Below, in pieces: positions 20,291-32,593 of a stretch of 64,000 nucleotides of DNA. The notes under the pieces are model-generated. The model had not been told where the DNA came from and did no database searches. It saw only the letters and a program-made list of their open reading frames with translations. How positions within the stretch are numbered: the first letter of the stretch is position 1; the number at the start of each line of letters is the position of its first letter. The stretch is from Myxococcota bacterium (GTDB lineage: Bacteria; Myxococcota_A; Polyangia; Nannocystales; Nannocystaceae). The stretch lies in the NCBI GenBank assembly GCA_039194325.1, contig JBCCWC010000004.1, positions 128,001 through 192,000 on the forward strand, read 5' to 3'. The translations under genes and the position numbers were made by a program.

Positions 20291-20755
20291 TTGTGACCTC
20301 ACGCTTGAAATTTCGGTGGTGACCTCCGGGGGCTCGCGTCCTCACCCAAAACGGACGACCGGCCCCACCCCTAAGTGACACTGGATCGCTCATGTGTAAT
20401 TCACCGAGCCAGTGGGTGATTCAATGCGGACACTCTATGTCCGTGGCCCACGGCACCCACTTTTGTGGCCGTGTGGCCTTGGGTCCGACAAGCCTCAGGG
20501 TGTCGGAGACCCCGTCTCTCAAAAGCCTCAGATCCCTATCTAGGACGCTCTTCAAAGCAGTTGCGTACATAAACCTACATTGATCCTTCCGCAGTCGTTT
20601 GCGATGGTTGCTCTGCCGCTGCGGGGGGTTCATCCAGGGGTCTCGAGGATGGCCGCAGGGCGGGGCGCATGGACGCCCAAATCGAAGGATTTACTATTTC
20701 GGTGAGCACCGAAGACGGTGCCACTCTCACCAACTCCTTGGGGAGCGTTTGGACG

Positions 20756-23047
20756 ATGTACGTGCGCAGGAACATGAAGACGCTGGGACTCGGCACCGTG
20801 GCCGCCGGCCTGACGATGCTGGCCATGACGGGCTGTGGCGACCCTGATGCCAACGGGGACTGCATCTCCAACGAGAAGTTCTTCCAGGAGGAGGTCTACG
20901 TGCCGGTGCTGGCCCAGTCGTGCGCCAGCTGCCACGTCCCCTCCGGCCCGGCCAAGGACACCAGCTTCATCTTGCGCACCTCCGAGTGGGGCCCGGACTA
21001 CCTCGAGCAGAACCTCAAGGTGTTCGAGCAGATGGCCAAGCTCCAGTACGACGGCACGCCGTGGGTCGTCGCCAAGCCGACCGAGGCGGTCGAGCACGAG
21101 GGCGGCCTCCAGCTCCAGCGAGACAGCGAGGAGTACAACGCCTTCCTCGAGATGGTCGACCGCATCAACAACCCGGTCGCCTGCGACGAGGACGACGCGG
21201 CTGGCGAGTTCTTCGAGGGCGTCGATCTGCTCGACGAGGTGGCCACCCTGCGCAAGGCCAGCCTCTCCATCCTCGGCCGCCTGCCGACCACCGAGGAGGA
21301 GCAGCAGGTCCGCGACGGCGGCTTCGAAGCCCTCGACGCGGTGCTCGACCAGATGATGACCGACGAGGTCTTCTACGACCGCCTCATCGAGATCTACAAC
21401 GACCACTTCCTCACCGACCGGTACTACCCGGGCAGCGAGGCCCTGGCCCTGCTCGAGGCCCTCGAGGACGAGGACGAGAACCCGGTGTACCCGAACCTGC
21501 GCTGGTTCGACTCGCTGGGCGAAGAAGACGCGATCCGGGAGGAGCGAAACGCCAACGTCGGCATCGCCCGGCAGTCGCTCGAGCTCATCGCCCACGTGGT
21601 GCGCAACGACCTGCCCTACACCGAGATCCTCACCGCCGACTACACGATGGTCAACCAGGCGTCGGCCAGGAGCTACGGGGTCGAAGAGGGCCTCGACTTC
21701 CCCACGGGCGACGCCGACGATTTCGTCCCGGCGCAGATCCCCGGCATCCCCCACGCGGGCGTGCTGACCAACACCGTCTTCATGGTGCGGTTCCCGACCA
21801 CGCCGACCAACCGCAACCGTCACCGCGCCCGGATGCTCTTCCAGTTCTTCCTGGCCACCGACGTGCTGCGGCTGGGTGAGCGCCCCATCGACGCCACCGG
21901 CGACGGGATCCTCAACCCCACCATGAACAACACCGCGTGCGCCAACTGCCACGCCACCATCGACCCGCTGGCGGGCGCCCTGCAAAACTGGGACGTCGAA
22001 GGCCGGTACAACCCGCCCGAGGAGGGCTGGTTCACCGACATGCGGCAGCCGGGCTTCGGCGAAGCCGTCATGCCGCCCGAGGAGAACATCCGCGGCACCC
22101 AGTGGGCCGCCGAGGCGCTCGTCGCAGATCCGCGCTTCGCCATCGCCCCGGTGCACATCCTGTTCAAGGGCCTGTCCGGCCAGGAGCCGCTGCGCGAGCC
22201 CTCCGACGTCAACTCGGAGACCTACCTCCAGCAGATCCGCGCCTTCGACGTGCAGTCCAAGGTATTCCAGGGCATCGCCGACAAGTTCATCGAGGACGGC
22301 TGGAACATCAAGACGGTCGTCAAGGAGATCGTCAAGTCGCCCTACTACCGGGCCTACAACGCCGGCGAGCTCTCCGAGGAGCGCTTGGCCGAGCTGGCCG
22401 AGGTTGGCACCGGCCGCCTGCTCACCCCCGAGCAGCTCAATCGCAAGATCGAGTCCATCACCGGCCGGTCGTGGAGCAACGGCAACGGCAACTTCCTGCT
22501 GAGCGAGGACGAGTACCTGATCTTCTACGGCGGCATCAACTCCGACGACGTCACCACTCGCATCACCGAGCCCAACGGCATCATGGCCAACGTCGCGGCC
22601 CGCATGGCCAACGAGATGGCCTGCTGGACGGTGGCGCAGGACTTCACCAAGGATCCGACCGAGCGCCTGATGTTCCCCTTCGTCGAGACGCACTTCGAGC
22701 CGCTGGACGAGAACGGCTTCGAGGTCACCAGCTCGGCGGCCAATATCCGGGCCAACATCCAGTACCTGCACCAGCGGATGCTCGGCGAGTTCGTCGACCT
22801 CGACGACCCGGAGATCGAGCGCACCTACCAGCTGTACCTCGACGTGTGGGAGGCCGGCCGCGACGCCATCGCCACCGAGGAGGGCGTGGGCGCGGGCCTG
22901 AACGGCGCATGCCAGGCCACCACCGACGCCTCCGGCGAGCCCCTCCCCGAGGGACGCCAGATCACCGACGACCCCAACTACTCCATCCGGGCCTGGCAAG
23001 CCGTCATCAGCTACCTCCTGTCCGACTACCGCTTCCTTCACGAGTAG
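20756..23047 (+). CDS. DUF1588/DUF1592-like lipoprotein with two CxxCH heme-binding motifs
   Basis: Lipobox MTGC, CASCH and CANCH, LRKASLSILGRLPT, HAGVLT…RFPTT.TNRNRHRAR, RLLTPEQL; GGGAG RBS before ATG 20756. Confidence 0.8.
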   Translation: MYVRRNMKTLGLGTVAAGLTMLAMTGCGDPDANGDCISNEKFFQEEVYVPVLAQSCASCHVPSGPAKDTSFILRTSEWGPDYLEQNLKVFEQMAKLQYDGTPWVVAKPTEAVEHEGGLQLQRDSEEYNAFLEMVDRINNPVACDEDDAAGEFFEGVDLLDEVATLRKASLSILGRLPTTEEEQQVRDGGFEALDAVLDQMMTDEVFYDRLIEIYNDHFLTDRYYPGSEALALLEALEDEDENPVYPNLRWFDSLGEEDAIREERNANVGIARQSLELIAHVVRNDLPYTEILTADYTMVNQASARSYGVEEGLDFPTGDADDFVPAQIPGIPHAGVLTNTVFMVRFPTTPTNRNRHRARMLFQFFLATDVLRLGERPIDATGDGILNPTMNNTACANCHATIDPLAGALQNWDVEGRYNPPEEGWFTDMRQPGFGEAVMPPEENIRGTQWAAEALVADPRFAIAPVHILFKGLSGQEPLREPSDVNSETYLQQIRAFDVQSKVFQGIADKFIEDGWNIKTVVKEIVKSPYYRAYNAGELSEERLAELAEVGTGRLLTPEQLNRKIESITGRSWSNGNGNFLLSEDEYLIFYGGINSDDVTTRITEPNGIMANVAARMANEMACWTVAQDFTKDPTERLMFPFVETHFEPLDENGFEVTSSAANIRANIQYLHQRMLGEFVDLDDPEIERTYQLYLDVWEAGRDAIATEEGVGAGLNGACQATTDASGEPLPEGRQITDDPNYSIRAWQAVISYLLSDYRFLHE

Positions 23048-23083
23048 TCCATCAACGGAACAAAGGAAAAAGGAGATCAAACC

Positions 23084-24391
23084 ATGGATCGCCGAAACTT
23101 CATCAAGCTTGCCTCCGCTGCTGGGCTCTCCGTCGTCTCCCCCGTCGTCTACGGCGAGCGAGGCATCAAGGCGCCACCCAAGAAGTCGCTCGCCCCCTAC
23201 GAGGGCAACCTGTTCCTGTTCCTCACCGCCAGCGGCGGCTGGGACGTCACCAGCCTGTGCGATCCCAAGGGGATGAACTACGAGGGTGACCCGGAGCGGA
23301 TGAACAACTACCTCATCGAGGACATCCAGGAGGCGGGCAACATCCGGTACGCGCCGGCGCCGCTCATCACCCCTGAGAACAGCACCGTGGACGGCGGTAC
23401 CGACTTCTTCCAGAAGCACTACGAAAACCTCATGGTCGTCAACGGCATCGACATGCTGACCAACGGCCACGACGCGGGCCGGCGCCACTGGTCCAGCGGT
23501 CGCCTCTCCGAGGGCTATCCCGCCATGGCCGCCTTCATGGCCGCCGCGTTCGGGGTGGAGCAGCCGCTCGCCTTCCTGAGCTTCGGCTCCTACTCGGAGA
23601 CCCAGGGCCTGGTCGCCCGGACCCGCTCGGGCAACATCGACGTGCTGCAGCGCCTGGCCTACCCCGCGCGGCAGAACCCCGACGACGACACCTCCGCGTT
23701 CCACAGCGAGGCCACCCAGGAGTACATCGCCCGCGCTCAGCGGGATCGCGAGGTCGCCCTGCTCGAGCGGCAGGGTCTGCCCCACATCCAGCAGTCGATG
23801 AACACCCTGTTCACCTCGCGCTCCGGCTCCAACGAGCTGCGCCGCCTCACCGACTTCCTGCCCGAGGAATTCTCGAACAACCCGGTCGGTCGACAGGCCC
23901 AGCTGGCGCTCGCCGCCTTCGCAGCCGGAGTCTGCGTGTCCGCCAACCTCAGCACCGGCGGCTTCGACACCCACGGTAACAACGACGAGGGTCAGAGCAA
24001 CAGCCTGGGCCGGCTGCTCACGGGGGTCGACGTCCTGTGGAACACCGCCAACGAGATGGGAATCGCCGACCGCGTGTTCTTGGCGATCGGCTCCGACTTC
24101 GGCCGCACGCCGGGCTACAACAGCGGCAACGGCAAGGACCACTGGCCCATCTCCAGCATGATGTTCATGGGCGCTGGCGTGCCGGGCAACCGGGTCATCG
24201 GCGAGTCCACGTTCCGCCACCAGGCGATCGGGGTCAACCTCGACACCCTGGCCAAGGACGACCGCGAAGAAGCACCTCACATCGAGCCGGGCAACATCTG
24301 CCAGGCGATCCGCGGTCTCGCCGGGCTACGCGAGTCGGAGCTGTCCGCCGCGTTCCCCATCGAGAACCAGGACATCCCGCTGTTCAGCTGA
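23084..24391 (+). CDS. DUF1501 family Tat-exported protein
   Basis: MDRRNFIK twin-arginine signal, ASGGWD…DPK, GGFDTH, SDFGRTP.YN…GKDHW; AAGGAG RBS. Confidence 0.88.
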   Translation: MDRRNFIKLASAAGLSVVSPVVYGERGIKAPPKKSLAPYEGNLFLFLTASGGWDVTSLCDPKGMNYEGDPERMNNYLIEDIQEAGNIRYAPAPLITPENSTVDGGTDFFQKHYENLMVVNGIDMLTNGHDAGRRHWSSGRLSEGYPAMAAFMAAAFGVEQPLAFLSFGSYSETQGLVARTRSGNIDVLQRLAYPARQNPDDDTSAFHSEATQEYIARAQRDREVALLERQGLPHIQQSMNTLFTSRSGSNELRRLTDFLPEEFSNNPVGRQAQLALAAFAAGVCVSANLSTGGFDTHGNNDEGQSNSLGRLLTGVDVLWNTANEMGIADRVFLAIGSDFGRTPGYNSGNGKDHWPISSMMFMGAGVPGNRVIGESTFRHQAIGVNLDTLAKDDREEAPHIEPGNICQAIRGLAGLRESELSAAFPIENQDIPLFS

Positions 24392-24400
24392 GTGGTTCAC

Positions 24401-24447
24401 GCCGAGACCGGATTACGATGCGCGACTTGGTCGCGCCCGGTCTCGGC
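24401..24447. terminator. Nested GC-rich hairpin after the DUF1501 gene
   Basis: GCCGAGACCGG…CCGGTCTCGGC outer arms with inner GCGCGAC-ttg-GTCGCGC; no strong U-tract. Confidence 0.45.
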
Positions 24448-24579
24448 CTTGCTGAGTAACGCACGCGGGTACTCCGGTACACGCACTCCGAGGGTCGGGT
24501 GGCGCCAAGGCGCTCCCGGCCCTCGCCGCGTTGGGCCGGCCACGAACGGAGCTGCTATGCTCTGCGCTCGTCGCTCGGC

Positions 24580-25110
24580 ATGGGCTATCTCTTCCTCATC
24601 GTGGCCGGATGGGCCACCTATGGGATCTACCGGATGATGCGCTCCGGCCGGGAGAACCAGCGCTACCTGGCCGAGGCGCGACACGAGGCGCCGCTCCACA
24701 CCGAACACCTCTCCCCCCCCATGGCCGCTCTTGTGCAGGAGACCCGGCTGCTGCGGATCAGCCTCGAAGCCCCGGTACGCCAGGTCAAAGAGCTCATCGT
24801 CGGAGACCTCGACACCGCGAGCACCGAAGACCTCGACGCGTTCGACAACATGCTGATGAACATCAGCCGGCAGCTGGCCGACTGGCTCCACATGGTGGAG
24901 CGACTGCCCGAGGCAGAGCAGGCCTTGCTCGCCGACCTGGGCCTGAGCGCGGAGCCGATCCGACAGATGCTGATCCGAGAGGGGTGGTCCTTCGATCGCA
25001 AGAACCTGCGATGGCCCGGCGAGCCGATGAATCAGCGGATCGAGCACGTGATCGCGGAGCTTCGGCGGGTCGAGACCCAGATGCAGACCACCCGACGGGT
25101 CTATCGCTGA
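24580..25110 (+). CDS. Hypothetical protein with an N-terminal TM anchor and helical body
   Basis: MGYLFLIVAGWATYGIY N-terminus; coding-like codon bias. Confidence 0.7.
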   Translation: MGYLFLIVAGWATYGIYRMMRSGRENQRYLAEARHEAPLHTEHLSPPMAALVQETRLLRISLEAPVRQVKELIVGDLDTASTEDLDAFDNMLMNISRQLADWLHMVERLPEAEQALLADLGLSAEPIRQMLIREGWSFDRKNLRWPGEPMNQRIEHVIAELRRVETQMQTTRRVYR

Positions 25111-25645
25111 CGACCCGCCCCTTAGGGGCTCGCTCGCGCCAGCATGCAGCGCTCGACCCCCTGGGGATCGGGCGCTGATCAATTGGTCCTGCCTCCAACC
25201 TCTCGGGCAGCCCGTCGCGTACGGGCGGACCAACTCGATCCGAGGAACGATCTCGACCGGTCGCTTCGTCCTGAGCCAATGGAGCAAGGCGCGTCACCGG
25301 ACGATCGACACGCTCGACGAATGACGCCCAACGTCGCTCTCGATGTGGTTTTTTTCCCTAGGATCGGAGACAAAGGGTCCCCGAGTGGAACAAGATGAGT
25401 GGGCCGACGATGAGCAGAGCACCGACCAAGAACGGGGGCGAGGAGCGCCCCACCCGCCGGGCTCGTCCATTCGTTCGACTGACCGCTCCCGCACCACACG
25501 GGGCGGTGGCAGATCGCGACACCGCTGGTGTTGGATCCTGCGACACTTTCCACCGCTGCGGACCGCAACCTCCCGAGGTGCTGTGCTGGTTCGCACCATG
25601 CACCGACGTGGGTCTGACTATCCCCGCAGACCCAACGTCTCACCC

Positions 25646-25741
25646 ATGCTGATGTTGACCCCGATCACGATCACCATCGCCCTGATGTGCTGTGCTTTCG
25701 TCGTGGCCATTGCCTACGTGGCCATCGACGAGCACATCTGA
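25646..25741 (+). CDS. Possible 31-aa single-TM small protein
   Basis: MLMLTPITITIALMCCAFVVAIAYVAIDEHI, wholly hydrophobic; no clear RBS. Confidence 0.35.
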   Translation: MLMLTPITITIALMCCAFVVAIAYVAIDEHI

Positions 25742-25893
25742 CCGAGCAGGGCGCTCGCCGCCGGCCAGGCCTTGCGCCAGCCGCCCACCCGGCAAGCCCC
25801 TGCCCTGGCCGCGGCCATTGGCGCTCATTGTTCCTGGAACAAACGCGCGCGCGAGCTCCGTTCCCAAAGCTCGCCGAGCCGCGCGAACTTCGT

Positions 25894-27084
25894 TCAGCCG
25901 CCGATCACGCCGAGCTCGCGGCCGATCTTGGCAAAGGCCGCCAGCGCACGATCGATGTCGGCGTCGGAGTGGGCGGCCGAGAGCTGAACCCGGATCCGAG
26001 CCTGGCCCTTGGGCACCACCGGATAGCTGAAGCCGATCACGTAGATCCCCTCGTCGAGGAGCTTGGCGGCGAACTCCACGGCCAAGCGCGCCTCGCCGAG
26101 CATGATCGGCACGATCGGATGCACGCCGGGCCGAATGGCAAAACCAGCCGCCGTCATTCCCTCGCGGAAGCGGGTGGTGTTGCGCTCGAGTCGATCTCGC
26201 AGCTCGGTGGTCTGGCTGAGGCGGTCGAGCACGGCGAGGCTGCCGGCCACGATCGGGGGCGCGAGGGTGTTGCTGAACAGATAGGGCCGCGACCGGTTGC
26301 GCAACACATCGATGATCTCCTTGCGACCGGTGGTAAAGCCGCCCGAGGCCCCGCCCAGCGCCTTGCCCAGGGTGGAGGTGATCACGTCGACTCGCTCCAT
26401 CACTGCGCAGTGCTCGTGGGTACCTCGGCCGGTCTTGCCCACGAAGCCGGTGGCGTGGCTGTCGTCGACTGTGACCATGGCGCCGTACTTCTCGGCCAGA
26501 TCGCAGATCGGCTCCAGGCGGGCGATGTCGCCGTCCATGCTGAACACCCCGTCGGTGGCGATCATGCGCAGGCGGGCCGACTGGGTCTCCTTGAGGATCC
26601 GCTCGAGGTCTTCGAGGTCGTCGTGCACGAAGCGATGGCGCTGCGCCTTGCACAGCCGGATCCCGTCGATGATGGAGGCGTGGTTGAGCGCGTCGGAGAT
26701 CACCGCATCTTCTGGCCCTAGCAGGGTCTCGAACAGGCCGCCGTTGGCGTCGAAGCACGAGCTGTAGAGGATCGTGTCCTCGGTGCCGAGGAACGAGGCG
26801 ATCTTGGCCTCGAGCTCCTTGTGGCGATCTTGGGTGCCGCAGATGAAGCGTACGCTCGACAGGCCATAGCCCCGCTCGTCGAGCGCGGCATGGGCCGCGG
26901 CGATGAGGGAGGGATCGCCCGAGAGCCCCAGGTAGTTGTTCGCACAGAAGTTGAGCACCTCACCGCTGCCGACCGAGATCGTCGCCCCTTGCGGCGAGGT
27001 GATGATGCGCTCGTCCTTGTAGAGGCCCGCGTCGCGGATCTCCTTGATGATGGCGGCGTAGTGCTCCTTGGCCTGGCTGAACAT
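25894..27084 (-). CDS. kbl: Glycine C-acetyltransferase (2-amino-3-ketobutyrate CoA ligase)
   Basis: [58 protein letters not shown] before ATG 27084. Confidence 0.95.
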   Translation of the reverse strand: MFSQAKEHYAAIIKEIRDAGLYKDERIITSPQGATISVGSGEVLNFCANNYLGLSGDPSLIAAAHAALDERGYGLSSVRFICGTQDRHKELEAKIASFLGTEDTILYSSCFDANGGLFETLLGPEDAVISDALNHASIIDGIRLCKAQRHRFVHDDLEDLERILKETQSARLRMIATDGVFSMDGDIARLEPICDLAEKYGAMVTVDDSHATGFVGKTGRGTHEHCAVMERVDVITSTLGKALGGASGGFTTGRKEIIDVLRNRSRPYLFSNTLAPPIVAGSLAVLDRLSQTTELRDRLERNTTRFREGMTAAGFAIRPGVHPIVPIMLGEARLAVEFAAKLLDEGIYVIGFSYPVVPKGQARIRVQLSAAHSDADIDRALAAFAKIGRELGVIGG

Positions 27085-27168
27085 GTCCGGTCTCCGTGGG
27101 GAAGGGGGGAAGGGGCGGAAGGGGCGGGAAGAGGAAAGGGGGCGGGTCAGCCGGCGGCGCACCAGCGC

Positions 27169-28524
27169 TCAGTCGCCCAAGCCGACGCGTAGCCGCCCCA
27201 CGGTACCGCTCCCGAGATTGGTGTAGTAGAGGTAGTCGTTGCCGAAGTCGCCGCGGCCAAAGCTGACGTTGACGAAGCCCGAGAGATCGCCCGGCGGGTT
27301 GTCGAAGGTGCGGGTGATCTCGGCGGGGCCATCCCCGGCAAATCGCGCCATGAACAGCGTGCCCGCGTTGGGACAGCCCACCCACAGGTTGCTGCCCTCG
27401 TCGAAGACCAAGCCGTCCACCTCGTAGGTCACGCCGGTATCGTCGCCCAGGTCGAGGTAGTCGAGGGGCTCCCCGGCCATTCCCCCGTCGATGAGCGGCA
27501 CCCGCCACACGTGCCCCACCGTGCCCACGTAGAGGGTGTTGCCCTCGGGGCCCAGCGCCAGGGCGTTGGGATTGACCAGCCCGGGGTCGTCGAGGAACAC
27601 CGAAGCAGAGCCCGGCCCGCCGTCCTCGCCGCCTTGGTAGTAGAGCACCGTCTGGTCGAGCCGGGTCGAGACGAACAGGTCATCGCCGTCGGCCAGCGGG
27701 AAGTTCACCGCGCCTAGCGGGCTCCCGCCGATCGAGTCGAAGAGCACGCTGACCGCCCCCGAGAGCGCGTCGATCCGCTGCACGCTGCCCAGCCCGGCGT
27801 TGGCGACGAGCACCGTGTCGTCCGTGAAATCTGCCCCGACGGGAGCACCCCCCAGATCATAGGACTCCACGAACTCGCCGTTGTCGTTGAACAGGGACAC
27901 GAAGCCCTCGGTGGACACCACGTACATACCCAGGCCGCCGAAGGTCAGCCCCTCGGTCGTGCCCAGCTGTGTGGGATCGGCAATGTCCGGCAGCCCGTTC
28001 TCGAACACGGCCTCGATGACGTCGACCTCCCACACCTCGCTCAGGGTGACGCCGTTGCGGGTGGCATCCAGGCGCAACGCGATCGTCTCTCCAGCCGGGG
28101 TGTCGGCCGGCACGACCACCCCGATGCTGAGGCTGTCGCCGCCGAGGATCTCCACCGACGGGCCAGATTCCTGGGACCACACGAACTCGTCGGCCTCCAC
28201 CTCGACCTCGTGAGGCACCAACAGACCCGCGAGCACGGCTCGGTCCTCGCCAATGTCGATCTGAGGGCCTTGCACGCAGGTCCCCTCCACGCAAAAAAGG
28301 CCCCCCTCGCAGCCGTCGTTGAGGCAGATGCAGCCCATCGCCCCGGGCACGCAGCTGGTGTCTGGCCCTTCGGTGTCCAGGCCGACTGTGTCGTCTGCGC
28401 TGCCATCATCGGCTGTTCCCGCGCTCGATGTACCCGGGGGCGGCTGCCCCGAAGCGCCATCGTCACCGCAGGCGGTCAAACCGATGCCAAGACAAAGAGT
28501 CAGACAATTCCGAGTCCAAACCAC
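27169..28524 (-). CDS. Lipoprotein with an SMP-30/gluconolactonase-like beta-propeller
   Basis: Lipobox LTAC, Cys-rich motif, WSQESGP Ig/PKD-like segment, PNALALGPEG, DGLVFDEGSNLWV, NVSFG. Confidence 0.75.
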   Translation of the reverse strand: MVWTRNCLTLCLGIGLTACGDDGASGQPPPGTSSAGTADDGSADDTVGLDTEGPDTSCVPGAMGCICLNDGCEGGLFCVEGTCVQGPQIDIGEDRAVLAGLLVPHEVEVEADEFVWSQESGPSVEILGGDSLSIGVVVPADTPAGETIALRLDATRNGVTLSEVWEVDVIEAVFENGLPDIADPTQLGTTEGLTFGGLGMYVVSTEGFVSLFNDNGEFVESYDLGGAPVGADFTDDTVLVANAGLGSVQRIDALSGAVSVLFDSIGGSPLGAVNFPLADGDDLFVSTRLDQTVLYYQGGEDGGPGSASVFLDDPGLVNPNALALGPEGNTLYVGTVGHVWRVPLIDGGMAGEPLDYLDLGDDTGVTYEVDGLVFDEGSNLWVGCPNAGTLFMARFAGDGPAEITRTFDNPPGDLSGFVNVSFGRGDFGNDYLYYTNLGSGTVGRLRVGLGD

Positions 28525-28626
28525 GCTGAGATTGTACCCGAGCGGGCCATCGAGGGCCGGGGGCGCAGAGCGACGCCAGCGTCGTCGGGATCCCCCAGGC
28601 TCGATCGGATCTTGCGTTGGTCTCGC

Positions 28627-29475
28627 TCAGTCGCTCCGCACGATGTCGTCCGACGTACGCGGCAGCACCACCGGGCGCCCGTCTCCGATCTCCACGACCC
28701 CGGTCAAACGCCGCAGGCGCGTTCCCGGCATCAGCTGGAGGTCCTTGAGATCAAAGGGGCGAAGATCGACGAGCACGGACTCACCGCTGACCCGGTCGCG
28801 CGCCTGGACAACCCCCGGAACCGGCCAAAAACCCACGCGGAGATCTTCGAGCGCCGAGACCTCCACCAAGGTGTCATCGAGCTCGACCGCCGTTGAGACG
28901 TGCAGCGCCGCCATGTCGACGGGCCGGGCCTCGAGCCCGTCGTGGCGCGGACCGTTGAACGATTGCTCGAGCTCGAGCGACCAGCCCTGCGCGTCGTGGC
29001 GCACCCAACCGACCAGGTCTTGCCAGCGATCGGGCTCGGGGAGGGCCATGCCCGGCGTGACCTCGATCCGCAGGCCCGTGTGCGCCTCGGCCAGAGGATC
29101 TTGCACATAGAACCACTCACGGTCGCCGAAAGCCGCCCGCTCGGTGGTGGGTGGGACCTGCTCGACGATGATCCATGTGTTCGGGGGCACCTGACCCTTC
29201 TTGATGTCCGGGATGTGCGCTGCCAGCGGCAGGTCGTCGGACATGCCAAAGCCCGTGTCCTCCTCTACGCTGCCCGATTCGTCGCTCCCGTAGTGGGCAG
29301 GACTGGCGGTGGTCCCGCCCTCTCCGCCATCGACACCGCGCGCCCCGCCGTCGCCATCGCCCGTCCCCTGCCCCGCCTCGTCTTGGAGGTCGAAATCAGC
29401 CTCTTGGAGGGATCCGGTACAGCCGGCCAGCGCCGTGCCCAACGCCACCACAAGCAAGCCAAATCGGTAGGTCAT
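28627..29475 (-). CDS. Hypothetical lipoprotein, probable tandem OB-fold
   Basis: Lipobox LAGC; WFYVQDP, ELDDTLVEV, LTGVV…VLPRTSDDI resemble OB-fold modules of extracellular nucleases. Confidence 0.6.
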   Translation of the reverse strand: MTYRFGLLVVALGTALAGCTGSLQEADFDLQDEAGQGTGDGDGGARGVDGGEGGTTASPAHYGSDESGSVEEDTGFGMSDDLPLAAHIPDIKKGQVPPNTWIIVEQVPPTTERAAFGDREWFYVQDPLAEAHTGLRIEVTPGMALPEPDRWQDLVGWVRHDAQGWSLELEQSFNGPRHDGLEARPVDMAALHVSTAVELDDTLVEVSALEDLRVGFWPVPGVVQARDRVSGESVLVDLRPFDLKDLQLMPGTRLRRLTGVVEIGDGRPVVLPRTSDDIVRSD

Positions 29476-29536
29476 TATGGTTCGAGTATAGCCGCAACCA
29501 CGCCGATGCGCCGGTCGACCATCGACCGAGCGGCAT

Positions 29537-30502
29537 TCACCGAGGAGCGAGGCCGTGCTCTAGACTACGCGCAAGCATGGCCCGAATGCGCGGGACCAGA
29601 TCATCGGTCATCGCATCGAGATCGAATTGCGGTGCCCACGACCAATCCGACTGGGCCGCACGGTCGTCGAGTGAGTCGGGCCACGAGTCGAGGATCGCCT
29701 GGCGAGCCAGATCCGGAGCAAAAGTGATCTGCACGTCGGGCAGCACCCGGGTCACGCTGTCGGCGATCTGCTGGGCGGTGGGGCTGAACGCGGCGATGTT
29801 GTAGACCGAACGGTGCAAAGAGGCCCGCTTGGCCTCCGACAGCTCCACCAGGGCCCGGACCGCGTCGGGCATGTACATCAGGGGGATCCGCGTGTCCGGC
29901 CGGCAGAAGGCCTGGTAGGCCCCTGCGCGCACGCCATCGACATACATGTAGAGGGCGTAGTCGCTGGTGCCTCCCCCCGGCAACGACGCGCTGATGAGCC
30001 CGGGGAAGCGTACCCCGCGGAAGTCGAGCCCGTAGCGCCGTTGGTAGTACTCGCCGAGCAGCTCCCCCGCGACCTTGGTGACGCCATACATCGTCGTCGG
30101 GTGCAGGGGCACGTCGTCGGCCACCTGCGCGGGCAAGCCCGGGCCATACACTGCGATCGTGCTGGTGAACACCACCTGCTCCACGCCGCGACGCCGGCAG
30201 GCCTCGAGCACGTTGTAGGTCCCGTGCTGGTTGACCGCATAGGTGCGCGCCGGATCGGCCTCCCCCCGCGCGCTGAGGATCGCGGCGAGGTGAACGACGC
30301 GCTCTACCTTCAGGTCGCCCAGCAACCCCTCGACCCGCTCGGCGTCGGTGACGTCGAGCGAGTGCCAGGGGATCTGGGCGTCGAGCTCGTTGGGCCTTCG
30401 CGCCACGTCGCTGCCGTGAACCTCGTGTCCTCGTCGCTGCAGCTCCGCGATCAGATCCTGCCCGACCTGCCCACCTGCCCCCGTGACCAGTGTTCGCATC
30501 AT
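29537..30502 (-). CDS. SDR-type L-threonine 3-dehydrogenase (NAD-dependent epimerase/dehydratase family)
   Basis: TGAGGQVG, HLAAILSARGE, PTTMYGVTKVAGE, RFPGLIS, PGGGTSDYA, PLMYMPDA, RQAILDSWP; lies near kbl. Confidence 0.88.
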   Translation of the reverse strand: MMRTLVTGAGGQVGQDLIAELQRRGHEVHGSDVARRPNELDAQIPWHSLDVTDAERVEGLLGDLKVERVVHLAAILSARGEADPARTYAVNQHGTYNVLEACRRRGVEQVVFTSTIAVYGPGLPAQVADDVPLHPTTMYGVTKVAGELLGEYYQRRYGLDFRGVRFPGLISASLPGGGTSDYALYMYVDGVRAGAYQAFCRPDTRIPLMYMPDAVRALVELSEAKRASLHRSVYNIAAFSPTAQQIADSVTRVLPDVQITFAPDLARQAILDSWPDSLDDRAAQSDWSWAPQFDLDAMTDDLVPRIRAMLARSLEHGLAPR

Positions 30503-30652
30503 CCCCTGGCGCGGGCTTTCGTGCGCCACGCCCCATGATCATCGCGGCCCGCCCGGGTCCCGGCAAGCGAGCTTACCTCCAGGCCCGTGGGTGCCCTCAC
30601 ATCGCGCGTCCACCTGCGCGTCCACCTGCGTCCCGGCGCCGGGTCGTTGCCC

Positions 30653-32350
<1,698 letters not shown>

Positions 32351-32593
32351 GCGGCCGAGCCTGGCTCGGCCCGCCGAGGATAGTCCGACCGGCGCCCGCA
32401 CGCTCCCCAGGGCGGCACCCCGGACTCACCGCGCGAGAATGTGGCCCCCGAGCCCCCGCACCGGCACTCGACCGACCGCGAGCGAACGCGAACAGATGAG
32501 GTCGCACACGGTCGCTGCGCCAGGATTGACCGCGATTTGCCGCTTTTGGCATAACCATGGGGCAGGCCGCGACTTCGGCCGCCGAGGTTCCGC

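Noticed and set aside
20630..24280. 1216-aa minus-strand ORF
   Set aside because: Antisense shadow of two strongly codon-biased plus-strand genes; no motifs; typical of high-GC DNA.
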